Shown: positions 19,714 through 29,608 of the stretch, one piece after another | Layout of the letters: every line of letters starts with the position of its first letter | Numbering within the stretch: the stretch's first letter is position 1 | DNA from: Vicinamibacterales bacterium | Lineage (GTDB): Bacteria > Acidobacteriota > Vicinamibacteria > Vicinamibacterales > UBA2999 | DNA length: 64,000 nucleotides | Assembly (NCBI GenBank): GCA_965262505.1 | Contig: CBDHFM010000030.1 | Span: 779,244-843,243, forward strand | Direction of reading: 5' to 3' | Translations under genes and position numbers: made by a program | Notes under the pieces: generated by a model | Seen by the model: only the letters and a program-made list of their open reading frames with translations | The model's database searches: none | Told to the model about the DNA's origin: nothing

Positions 19714-19782
19714 ATTCGCGCATTGTTAGCGCAAATTACCTAAGAATAGGCTCTATTGTCACGCAATATTGGGTAAGATTAC
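19714..19782 (+). promoter_or_regulatory. Conserved AT-rich promoter/operator, copy A
   Basis: Gap-free alignment with 32068-32136; core pseudo-palindrome TATTGTCACGCAATA at 19754-19768. Confidence 0.65.
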
Positions 19783-19853
19783 ACCACCCTGGTCGCCCCC
19801 AGACGAGGGCAAGACGATCACCAGCACGCCCTGAGATCAGATAGAGGACTTTC

Positions 19854-21937
19854 ATGCAGTTCTGCGTTCGTTTCGTTCGCCTTCGTCTGTTCGTCGTGCC
19901 CGTTCTTCTAGCGGCTCTCGCGCCGGCGTTGCCGGCGGTCGCCCAGGATGTTCCGGGAGATTTCGGGATGTTCCTGCCGGTGGATGCGGCCGGGTCGGAA
20001 TTCGTAGGTCTGGCGGCCCGGTCGCTGACCGGGGATCCGCTCGTTGTTCGGGCACGGCGCGTCGGCATTGATTTCGAGGCGTTTGCGCCGCTCACCGACG
20101 TCCTCGAACGCGGTGCGGCACTTCCGGTTTTGCGGTTGAATCTCTTCGAGAACGTCGTAGTCGAGTCGCTGGTCGAGTCGGTGGACCTCACGGCGTCGGG
20201 GTACTCGTGGTCGGGCGGCGTTACCGGCGACCCGATGGGGTCGGTGGCGATGGCGGTGAACGGTGACGTGGTGAGCGGGGTCGTGCGGACTCGGGGGCGG
20301 GTATACATGATCCGGAGCGAAGGCTCAGGGCAGTACTCCATCCGCGAGGTCGACCGGTCCGGGTTGCCGGAGGGTGCTCAGCCGCTCGTTCCACGCTCGT
20401 TGGTGGAGTTGGATCCGGCGCCAGCGGCGTTCGTCGACGATCCGGGCCGTGTTGACATCGCGGTCTTTTACACGCCGGCCGCGCAGCGGGACGCGGGCGG
20501 AACGGACGAGATCAACGCCTTAATCGACGCGTGGATTGCGGACACCAACGGGGCGTACTTGCGGAGCGACATTCAGCACCGGCTGAACCTGGTGCTGCGG
20601 GAGCAGGTTTCCTACACCGAGGGCGAGGACAGCGAGGACAACTCCGTCATCAAGCAGGCGCTCGACTGTCTCATCGAGGAAGACGACGATTGCCTCGACG
20701 CGGTGCATGCTCGCCGCGAGAAGTATTCGTCGGATCTGGTTCACTTGATCGTGGGCGGGCCCTCCTCCGAGTACGCCTGCGGTAAAGCTGGTCTGACTGG
20801 CGACTTCGGGGTGTCCCATCTCGTCTGCGGCTCCGACACCTTCGCGCACGAGGTCGGGCACAACAGCGGCGCCAAGCACGATCGCTACGTGGAGTACGAC
20901 GAGGAATGCGACACGGACCCGGAGACACCATGCTTCACCGACTTTCCGTCGGCGTACGCCTACGGCTACGTCAACCAGATCGGCTTGCACGCGAGCGCCG
21001 CCCTAGAGGACCGCTGGAGAACGGTGATGGCGTACTATGATCAATGCTCCGAGGCGGAGGTGTTCTGCGCTCAATTGATGCGATTCTCCAACCCGGACCA
21101 GTCCTGGTACGGCGATCGGCTGGGCGTGTATGGAACGCACGAGCGGTCCTATAGCGATGCCGCAGAAGCGGCGAGGATAGGTCCGGCGGACACGGCCCGA
21201 ACGCATCGCGAGTTCGCCCACGATCTGGCCAACCGGATGGTCCGTGAGGCTCCGGATCTGGTCGTGAAGGGACTCCAGTCGAGCCGGCTCCAGGCGGTGC
21301 CGGGGGCGTTGGTGCGCCTGAGCGCCGTCGTCGAGAACCTGGGAATTTCGACGGGCTACGCGCCGGAGACCGCGGTGACGTGGTGCCGGGCGTCGCTGAG
21401 CGGCTGCTCGTCGTCGGTCGGGGTGCCGGCGGCGGTGCCGTACCTCGAATCGAACGGGCGGGCTCCGGTGTCGACCTCGTTCACGCTCCCCTCGTCGCGG
21501 GGATCGTACTCCTACCGGGCGTGTGTTTTGTTCACGCCGGGCGAGACGTTGACAGAGAACAACTGCTCAGAGACGGTGACGGTCGAAGTCGGCGTTGTCG
21601 ATCTGCAGTTCTCAATGTCGCTCTCGACATACTCGGCGCTGGCGGGTGCGGAGGTCACGATCGAGGGGGTCGTGCGTAACCGCGGGACGATTGGCTCGAG
21701 TGCTGGCCGACTGCGCTTCGTGACCCGCGATTCGGCGGGCGAGTTGGACTGGTTCGGTTCGCACTTCTTCCAGACGCTCGCGGCGGGCTCGTCGGCGACG
21801 TTCAAGACGACGTTCGAGGCTCCTGATGTTACTGCGACCATCAGTACTGGGCGTGCCTCTCGTCGTCGCACGTGGTGTTCCGTTGTGTTCAGGAGAACCT
21901 GAGTGTCGTTTCGTCTTCGGCCCTAGCGCCAAGATGA
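19854..21937 (+). CDS. Secreted reprolysin/M12B-like zinc metallopeptidase with CARDB-like domains; probable frameshift near 21840
   Basis: Signal peptide, pro-region, VDIAVFYTPAA, HEVGHNSGAKH (HExxHxxGxxH), two APDL-type Ig repeats. The shifted frame gives QYWACL...* at 21937. Confidence 0.82.
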
Positions 21938-22262
21938 CATGGCAGGTTGTCCGTTCTGGGCCGGACGTTTACTTTCCGGTCACCGGGACTCAGAGTGAGG
22001 TTTGTCCATTCATACGGACCATCCAGCACGTCATCGTCGGCCTGGCTCTGTGTATCACAGGGAATACTCTGGGATCGTGAATCTTGGAATACATTTCTAG
22101 CCCGGCTGCCGCGGGCTTCGAGTCCGGTGCGTAAGCGCCGGATGTCCCGACATAGGAGGTCAGAGCCGGCAGTGGGATGGCCGGCTGTCCCTCCCGGTCC
22201 CGTGGATCCTGTCGCCGGTGGAGAGTTGCAGCAGCGGGCGCAGCACGCCCTGGCAGTGCTGT

Positions 22263-22522
22263 GCGCGGTCTCGCGCGCGGGTACTGCGGCGCTCGCCGGA
22301 CGGCGTCCTTGCCTGCCTGTCGTAAACGACCGTTTACGACACACGCTGATCGGCTCCGGGCTCGAGAGGAATGCGTGCAACGGTGGAAGATCATTCACGC
22401 CGCGCGAACAATACCACGTGCGACTCGCATATTTGCGACATGCGGACGAGGGACGAGGACTATTCGTAGCACGCCTCCCCCAACGGCCAGCCGCAATATT
22501 CCCAGTCGCTGGACCTGCAGCG
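22263..22522 (+). repeat. res site + split TniR-like start, copy 5
   Basis: Perfect 10-bp arms TGTCGTAAAC/GTTTACGACA at 22318-22341; start mutated to ACG; the resolvase sequence resumes at 22501 (cccagtcgctggacctgcagcg). Upstream flank is shared with copy 2. Confidence 0.8.
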
Positions 22523-22836
22523 CCACAGCCCCGGCCAAGCCCACCAACGCCGCCCCCGCGAGTCAACAAGCACTCGCGCGGCGTGAGCAGGGCATCCGGA
22601 GCGGCGACCGGCAGATTTGGCTTGAGGCGGGGGCGTTGACCGTCTCTTGTCTCTTCGAGACCTACACGCCTGTCTTCCCAATGCCGACGATACGAAATGT
22701 TATCGTGCGTCACACTGCGCGGGGCGTGCGGGAAGGGCGACTGGCGAGGCCACCAGCGAGCTTCGCCTCGGCGTGGAAGCGCTGGAACGGATGCTTGAGG
22801 AGAGGTCCATCCCGAAAAATATTTAAAGGCTTTCCA

Positions 22837-25800
22837 ATGCCAGATGAACCACGAACCGCTTGCCTCGCTCGCGCTGCGGCGGTACTGCTGCTGACGCTCG
22901 CGGCACTCGCCGCAAGCGTTCCTGATGCACACGCGCAAACAAACACCGAAACACGGTACGAGGTGGGTGACGTGATCACCACCATGCCAACTGGAATCTG
23001 GTCTCCTGACCGGCTCAGCGGCGGCGTCGCGTTCAGGTTCGTCGACGGCAAGGCGGACATCCGCTTCGGCAACGGCGGGCTTATCGAAGAGAATGGCTAC
23101 AGATACACGTGTGAGAGTGCCGGAGGTTGCCACGTCAATGACCGGGAGGTAGACGCCGGGACGATTGTGGAAATCTTTAGCGGTGACCAGCCGGACCCAG
23201 ACCCGGATCCAGACCCGGACCCTGGAGTGGGCGGCGTCTGCAGCCGCACCCGGCAGGTGCGTGATGCGATCGTGGCGGCGTCACCCGTGACAACTTGCAG
23301 CGCCGTGACGGACGCGCACTTGGCGGCGATTCCGGAGCTGAATCTCCCCTCGGCCGCCATTACCTCCCTACAGGCTGAGGATTTTGCCGGGCTGTCGGCG
23401 CTGGAATATCTCATTCTGTACGACAACCAACTGAGCAGCCTGCCGGCGGGTGTGTTTGCCGGGCTGTCGGCGCTGAGGTGGCTCCAGCTGGACAGCAACC
23501 AACTAAGCAGCCTGCCGGCTGGCGTGTTTGCCGGGCTGTCGACGCTGGAAGTGCTCTATCTGTACAGCAACCAACTGAGCAGCTTGCCGGCGGGTGTGTT
23601 TGCCGGGCTGTCGGCGCTGGAAGTGCTCCAGTTGTTTGACAACCAACTGAGCAGCCTGCCGGAAGGCGTGTTTGCCGGGCTGTCGGCGCTGATGGGGCTC
23701 GATCTGGATGACAACCCTGTCGATCCACTGCCGGTCACGGTTTCCCTGGTCTCGGCCGGGACTGGTGCATTCAAGGCCACCGTCCACACGGGCGCGCCGT
23801 TCAATATGGTGGTGCCGGTCAGCGTCACGAACGGCGTGATCGACGGCGGGGCAACCACCGTCACGATTCCCACCGGCAGCGTGGAGATCGGCCCGCTCGC
23901 GGTGACCCGCACGCCCGGCGCCACGGGGGCAGTGACCGCAGACATCGGAACGCTTCCGGGGTTACCCACTAATGTGGATCCCGGGGGCCCACTTCGTCAT
24001 CGGGGCTATGCGCTTGTCAAATCCGCCGACTTACCGCTGGAGGTCATTGCGACCATCGTGCCGGGTCCACCGAAGGCGCTAACGGCGACTGCCGGGGACA
24101 CCCAGGTGACGCTGGAGTGGAGTATCCCGACGAATAACGGCGACAGCGCGATCATCCGCTACGAGTACATGCATGAAAACAAAGCATGGACATCCACGGG
24201 GGGGACCGGGACCAGCTACACCGTCACCGACCTGACCAACGGCCAGAGCTATACCTTCGAGGTGCGGGCGGTGAACACGCAGGGGGCGGGTCCCGCCGCG
24301 CGCGTGACGGCCACGCCGGCCGCCCCTGGAGCCGGATTGGCGCCGGCGGATCAGGCGGCGTTCGACAGTCTGGCTGTCGGGAAGCAGATAGTGAACCCTG
24401 TTTCGGACGGTAGGCTGGTCTTTCTTTCTCCCGGCCGCATCCGGGAGTTTGACCAAGGCGAGTCCTACGACGGCGACTATCAGTATGTAAATACCGGTGA
24501 AAATACGGGGACCCTCACGTACACCTATGACGTGACAGGCAACACCCCCGACGTCGAAAAGTCGGTGATCGAGTTTACGTTCACGTCAATGACCGCGGGC
24601 ACGGCCGTCTATACCTATACCGAGCGCGGGTCACCGCCTGAAACGGTCAGACTGAGTTTCGAGTTTATTAACGCACCAGCGGAACCGGTGGTTGAGGGCG
24701 ACCGTGCGGTGCTCGAGGAGTTCTACGACGCGACGAACGGGGCGAACTGGTCCAGCAGCACGAACTGGAAGACGGAGGCGCTGCTGGGTGACTGGGTCGG
24801 GGTGAAGACGGACGCGAGCGGCCGGGTTGCAGAGCTGCATCTCAGGGAAAACCAGTTGAGCGGGTCGATCCCGAGCAGCCTGGGGAACCTATCCAACCTC
24901 GAATATCTGGATCTCTGGGAAAACCAGTTAAGCGGGTCGATCCCGAGCAGCCTGGGGACCCTGTCCAACCTCCAAGCGCTGGATCTTTCGTTCAACCAGT
25001 TGAGCGGGTCGATCCCGATCAGTCTGGGGACCCTGTCCAACCTCCAAGTGCTGTCTCTGTCGGCCGGCAACGACGAACTGTGCGCGCCGAATGACGAAGC
25101 GTTTCAGGCGTGGTTGAAGAGCATAGGAGATCTGCGTTGGACTGGCCCGACATGCACGGCGGACGTGGTGCAGCCGAAGCCTGAGGATGAGGTGCAGGCG
25201 ACTGTCGAGGCGGCGGTGGCGGCCGGCGGGGGGTTGCGGGCCGGTGGTCCCCCCGTGACGATCGACATGAGCACCCTGTTCTCGTTCGGCGCGGGAGGCA
25301 ACGCGGATACCGACTACGCTGCGCAGTCATCCGACCCGGCGTTGGTCTTGGCGGAGGTGACGGACGAGCGCCTGGTACTCACCCCTGGCAACGCGCTGCC
25401 TGCCGGGGCGTCCTCGAGTCTGGCGGTGGGCGCGACGGAGACGTTGGATGGCGACCCGGCGCGGGCCACGATCACGGTGACCGCGGTGCGGGCGGGTGAG
25501 ATGGCCGAAGTCGAGTTCACGGTCGAGGTCGAGGCGGCGCCGGCGGACGAGCCCACGCCGACCATGTTGACCCTGAGCGCGGCCCCGGCTCCGGCCGAAG
25601 GCGGGAACCCAGTGACGGTGACCGCGACGCTCGACAACCCGGCCACGGCGAACGGCCTGACGGTGACGCTGACGACGAGCGGCACGGCGACGCTCGACAC
25701 CGACTACACGCTGTCCTCGACCACGATCACCCTCGCCGCGGGCGAGACGGTGGGCACGGTGACGATCACGATCACCGACGACGCCGAGGACGACGACGGC

Positions 25801-26001
25801 GAAACCATCGTCATTGACGCCGAGAGCACGAGCCCGGCGCTGACCGCCGAGCCACTCACCCTCACCATCGAGGACAACGACGTGACGCCGGTGCCGGCGC
25901 TCCCGCTCGGCGGCGCGATGTTGCTCGGACTGCTGCTCACGTTGCTCGGAGCCGTGCGGATGCGCATGCGGGATCGCACAGACATTGCGCAGAGCTACTG
26001 A
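22837..26001 (+). CDS. Secreted multidomain LRR/FN3 surface protein with Calx-beta-like domain and IPTL-CTERM-like anchor
   Basis: Signal peptide ending AHA-Q, DP repeat, NQLSSLPAGVFAGLSAL LRRs, FN3 (YTFEVRAVN), NQLSGSIPSSLGNLSNL LRRs, C-terminal VPALP + TM helix + basic tail. Confidence 0.88.
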   Translation: MPDEPRTACLARAAAVLLLTLAALAASVPDAHAQTNTETRYEVGDVITTMPTGIWSPDRLSGGVAFRFVDGKADIRFGNGGLIEENGYRYTCESAGGCHVNDREVDAGTIVEIFSGDQPDPDPDPDPDPGVGGVCSRTRQVRDAIVAASPVTTCSAVTDAHLAAIPELNLPSAAITSLQAEDFAGLSALEYLILYDNQLSSLPAGVFAGLSALRWLQLDSNQLSSLPAGVFAGLSTLEVLYLYSNQLSSLPAGVFAGLSALEVLQLFDNQLSSLPEGVFAGLSALMGLDLDDNPVDPLPVTVSLVSAGTGAFKATVHTGAPFNMVVPVSVTNGVIDGGATTVTIPTGSVEIGPLAVTRTPGATGAVTADIGTLPGLPTNVDPGGPLRHRGYALVKSADLPLEVIATIVPGPPKALTATAGDTQVTLEWSIPTNNGDSAIIRYEYMHENKAWTSTGGTGTSYTVTDLTNGQSYTFEVRAVNTQGAGPAARVTATPAAPGAGLAPADQAAFDSLAVGKQIVNPVSDGRLVFLSPGRIREFDQGESYDGDYQYVNTGENTGTLTYTYDVTGNTPDVEKSVIEFTFTSMTAGTAVYTYTERGSPPETVRLSFEFINAPAEPVVEGDRAVLEEFYDATNGANWSSSTNWKTEALLGDWVGVKTDASGRVAELHLRENQLSGSIPSSLGNLSNLEYLDLWENQLSGSIPSSLGTLSNLQALDLSFNQLSGSIPISLGTLSNLQVLSLSAGNDELCAPNDEAFQAWLKSIGDLRWTGPTCTADVVQPKPEDEVQATVEAAVAAGGGLRAGGPPVTIDMSTLFSFGAGGNADTDYAAQSSDPALVLAEVTDERLVLTPGNALPAGASSSLAVGATETLDGDPARATITVTAVRAGEMAEVEFTVEVEAAPADEPTPTMLTLSAAPAPAEGGNPVTVTATLDNPATANGLTVTLTTSGTATLDTDYTLSSTTITLAAGETVGTVTITITDDAEDDDGETIVIDAESTSPALTAEPLTLTIEDNDVTPVPALPLGGAMLLGLLLTLLGAVRMRMRDRTDIAQSY

Positions 26002-26297
26002 GTGGAACCCTCGAACACATCCTGGCGCTGGGCAAGCGCCTCAACGTAGGCGGTGGCTCGACTCGGGAACGGCGGCGGGGATGTAGGCAACGGCACGCGA
26101 TGCCGGGCTGCCTGACCGACGCATTACGCAGCTCGAGGAGAGGGTCGCCAAGCAGACCGAGGTGGAAGGGTTGCGGGATCGCACGAACATTGCGCGTGGC
26201 CGTGTGTCGCAAACGACCGTTTACGACACATGCTGGTCGGCTACGCCCGCGTCTCGAAGGCGGACGGCTCCCAGTCGCTGGACCTGCAGCGCGACGC
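25557..26297 (+). repeat. About 740-bp direct repeat (anchor module + spacer + res), copy A
   Basis: Aligns with 27575-28315 at an offset of 2018 bp. Confidence 0.9.
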
Positions 26298-26484
26298 GTT
26301 GCAGGCCGCGGGCGTCGACGCCGTCCACGTCTACCACGACTTCGCGTCCGGCGTCCGCGACGACCGCCCGGGATTCGACAGCTGCGTGCGCGCGCTCCGA
26401 ACGGGCGACGTGCGCGTCGTCTGGAAGCTCGACCGCCTCGGCCGCCCCCTCGCCTTCCGACAGCGACTTATGATTGTCGCATGA
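26205..26484 (+). pseudogene. res palindrome + longest TniR-like serine resolvase remnant, copy 6
   Basis: MLVGYARVSKADGSQSLDLQRDALQAAGVD...ASGVRDDRPG...VVWKLDRLGR; the catalytic N-terminal part ends at about residue 75. Confidence 0.9.
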
Positions 26485-28019
26485 GAGACGTAGCGATTCT
26501 GGCCGTCCTCCTCGCCACTGTCGCGACGGCGAGCGCCGCCGATACCGATAAGCTCTCGCCCCGCGAGGCCGGCCGATTCGTGCGCGTGCTCTACCTCGCG
26601 CCGGCCGACCGGGACTTCCGAGCCGACTTCGAGAGCTCGATCGCCACGGCAGTCGCCAGCGTTCACCGGTGGTATCGCGAACAGCTCGACGGCAGCACCT
26701 TCGCGGTTTACAGGCCGATGGCCGAACGGTGCCGGCTACCCGAAGATTCCGACTACTACAGCCACGGCAACGTCTGGGAAAAGGTCTTGAGAGCTGTGCA
26801 GTCCTGCGCGCCGGTGCGCGATATCGGCGCCAGTGGCGGCGACATCAATGCGGCACAGGTCGTGTGGGCGCTATACGTCGATGCCACGGAGAGGCTGAAC
26901 TGCGACGAGCCGCAGGAACTCGGGCGGGGGGGGCTCGGCCTCACCATGCTGCCGCGCGAGGACCTCGAACTCATGGTACAGCCGGGGACGCTGGAATACT
27001 GCGACGGGACCTTCTACCGGAGCGTGCAGAGCGTCTACGGGGGACTGGCGCACGAACTCGGCCACGCCTTCGGACTGCCGCACCCGCCCGGTTGCGACGA
27101 AGGGTCGCCATCCTGCGACACTCAGGCGCTCATGTGGGACGGCTACGGTAGCTACCCGAACACCTATCTGCGCGACGACGAAAAGGCCGTGCTCCTCGAG
27201 TTGCCGTTCATCGGCCCCGACGGTATGGCGGTCGCGCCCACGCCGACCATGCTGACGCTGAGCGCGGCCTCGGCCCCGGCCGAAGGCGGGAACCCGGTGA
27301 CGGTGACCGCGACGCTCGACACCCCGGCCCCAGCGAACGGCCTGACGATGACGCTGACGACGAGCGGCACGGCGACGCTCGACACCGACTACACGCTGTC
27401 CTCGACCACGATCACCCTCGCCGCGGGCGAGACGGCGGGCACGGTGACGATCACGGTCACCGACGACGCCGAGGACGACGACGGCGAAACCATCGTCATT
27501 GACGCCGAGAGCACGAGCCCCGCGCTGGCCGCCGAGCCATTCACCCTCACCATCGAGGACAACGACGGTCCTGCGCCGACCATGCTGACGCTGAGCGCGG
27601 CCTCGGCCCCGGCCGAAGGCGGGAACCCGGTGACGGTGACCGCGACGCTCGACAACCCGGCCCCAGCGAACGGCCTGACGGTGACGCTGACGACGAGCGG
27701 CACGGCGACGCTCGACACCGACTACATGCTGTCATCGACCACGATCACCCTCGCCGAGGGCGAGACGGCGGGCACGGTGACGATTACGGTCACCGACGAC
27801 GCGGAGGACGACGCCGGCGAGACCATCGTCATTGACGCCGAGAGCACGAACCCGGCGCTGACCGCCGAGCAACTCACCCTCACCATCGAGGACAACGACG
27901 TGACGCCGGTGCCGGCGCTCCCGCTCGGCGGCGCGATGTTGCTCGGCCTGCTGCTCACGTTGCTCGGAGCCGTGCGGGTGCGCATGCGGGATCGCACAGA
28001 CATTGCGCAGAGCTATTGA
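26481..28019 (+). CDS. Secreted metzincin-type metallopeptidase with two Calx-beta-like domains and IPTL-CTERM-like anchor
   Basis: Signal peptide, HELGHAFGLPH plus Met-turn ALMW, two about 110-aa repeats, VPALP-TM tail; the start overlaps the resolvase remnant stop. Confidence 0.85.
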   Translation: MRDVAILAVLLATVATASAADTDKLSPREAGRFVRVLYLAPADRDFRADFESSIATAVASVHRWYREQLDGSTFAVYRPMAERCRLPEDSDYYSHGNVWEKVLRAVQSCAPVRDIGASGGDINAAQVVWALYVDATERLNCDEPQELGRGGLGLTMLPREDLELMVQPGTLEYCDGTFYRSVQSVYGGLAHELGHAFGLPHPPGCDEGSPSCDTQALMWDGYGSYPNTYLRDDEKAVLLELPFIGPDGMAVAPTPTMLTLSAASAPAEGGNPVTVTATLDTPAPANGLTMTLTTSGTATLDTDYTLSSTTITLAAGETAGTVTITVTDDAEDDDGETIVIDAESTSPALAAEPFTLTIEDNDGPAPTMLTLSAASAPAEGGNPVTVTATLDNPAPANGLTVTLTTSGTATLDTDYMLSSTTITLAEGETAGTVTITVTDDAEDDAGETIVIDAESTNPALTAEQLTLTIEDNDVTPVPALPLGGAMLLGLLLTLLGAVRVRMRDRTDIAQSY

Positions 28020-28315
28020 GTGGAACCCTCGAACACATCCTGGCGCTGGGCAAGCGCCTCAACGTAGGCTGTGGCTCGACTCGGGAACGGCGGCGGGGAT
28101 GTAGGCAGCGGCACGCGATGCCGCGCTGCCTGACCGACGAATTACGCAACTCGAGGAGAGGGTCGCCAAGCAGACCGAGGTGGAAGGGTTGCGGGATCGC
28201 ACGGATATTGCGCGTGGCCGTCTGTCGCAAACGACCGTTTACGACACATGCTGATCAGCTACGCCCGCGTCTCGAAGGCGGACGGCTCCCAGTCGCTGGA
28301 CCTGCAGCGCGACGC
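27575..28315 (+). repeat. About 740-bp direct repeat, copy B, containing res/TniR copy 7
   Basis: Palindrome at 28223-28246; ATG 28248 MLISYARVSKADGSQSLDLQRDA. Confidence 0.9.
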
Positions 28316-28359
28316 GCACGCTCCAGAGGACGGCGCCGCCGTGGACACGCCCGGGCCCT

Positions 28360-29526
28360 CTATGTGAGCGCCTGATCGAGATCGGCGACGAGGTCGTCGG
28401 CGCCCTCGAGCCCGACCGACAGGCGCAGCATCCCGCGGGTCACACCCGCCTCGGCCAGGCGTGCATCGCTGAGGCCGTAGTGCGACGTGAGTACCGGCAG
28501 GCTGCAGAGGCTCTCGGTGCCGCCGAGGCTCGTGGCGCGCTGGAACACCTGCAGGCGGTCGAACGCGCGGCAGGCGGCCTCGTAGCCGCCCGTCAGGTCG
28601 ACGCAGATCATCCCGCCGAATCCGCTCATTTGGCCCCGCGCGATCTCGTGGTCGGGGTGCGACGGCAGCCCCGGGTAGGAGACCGCGGCGACGCCATCGC
28701 GACCGGCCAGCCACTCGGCGAGGCGCATCGCGTTGGCATTGTGCCGCTCGATGCGCACCGCCAGCGTCTTCAGCCCGCGGGCGAGCGCGGACGCGGGCCT
28801 CGGGTCGAGGATGCCGCCGAAGACCCTCCGCGTGCCCTCCAGCGGGCCGATGAGCGCGCGCGGGCCGAGGAGGGCGCCGGCGACGACGTCGTGGTGCCCG
28901 TTGAGGAACTTCGTGGCCGAGTGCATGACGAGGTCCACGCCCAGCGCGAGGGGCTGCTGGTTGAGGGGCGTCGCAAACGTGTTGTCGATGACCGACAGGA
29001 CGCCGCGCGCGCGGCAGGCGTGTGCGACCTGGCGGATGTCCACGCAGCGGAGCGTCGGGTTCGCCGGCGACTCGAACCACACGAGTTTCGTGGCGGGGCC
29101 GATCGCCCGGCTGACGTCGGCCAGCTCGTCGAGCGAGAGGACGCGGGCGGTGATACCGAACCGGCGGAGTGCGCCCGTGATCAAGTGCAGCGTGCCGCCG
29201 TAGAGCGCGGCGCCGCAGAGGACTTCGTCGCCCGGGGAGAGCAGGCCGAACAGGGCCGTCGTTGCCGCAGCCATGCCCGACGACGTGACGAGCCCGGCCT
29301 CGGCGCCCTCGAGGGCCGCCAGTTTCTCTTCGACGGCTTCCACGGACGGGTTACCCCAGCGTGCATACAGATAGTGTCGGGTCTCACCACGCTGATAGGC
29401 TTCGACCGCGGCAGCGTTCGCAAACACGAACGTGCTCGACGTGTAGATGGGCCGGCCGAGCGGCGTCGCGCCGTCGGGCGCGCCCTCACCCAGGTGCAGC
29501 ACGTCGGTGTCTCGCGATCGCGCCAT
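28360..29526 (-). CDS. PLP-dependent Cys/Met metabolism enzyme, copy 2
   Basis: Near-identical to 9043-10209 with scattered substitutions. Confidence 0.92.
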   Translation of the reverse strand: MARSRDTDVLHLGEGAPDGATPLGRPIYTSSTFVFANAAAVEAYQRGETRHYLYARWGNPSVEAVEEKLAALEGAEAGLVTSSGMAAATTALFGLLSPGDEVLCGAALYGGTLHLITGALRRFGITARVLSLDELADVSRAIGPATKLVWFESPANPTLRCVDIRQVAHACRARGVLSVIDNTFATPLNQQPLALGVDLVMHSATKFLNGHHDVVAGALLGPRALIGPLEGTRRVFGGILDPRPASALARGLKTLAVRIERHNANAMRLAEWLAGRDGVAAVSYPGLPSHPDHEIARGQMSGFGGMICVDLTGGYEAACRAFDRLQVFQRATSLGGTESLCSLPVLTSHYGLSDARLAEAGVTRGMLRLSVGLEGADDLVADLDQALT

Positions 29527-29608
29527 GTCAGGCTCCTCATCACTGGGCTGACACGCCCACAGACGTGCCGATTCTTTCACGGCGTGGCCGTCTCATCCCG
29601 GATCGCGT

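Noticed and set aside
22177-22836. Long N-terminal extensions in the ORF track (22177, 26100, 7388, 35762)
   Set aside because: They run through res sites or intergenic DNA; downstream ATGs give proper signal peptides or domain starts.
25552-27899. Calx-beta-like repeats as a diversity-generating retroelement TR/VR pair
   Set aside because: No reverse transcriptase in the window, and the differences are not confined to adenines.
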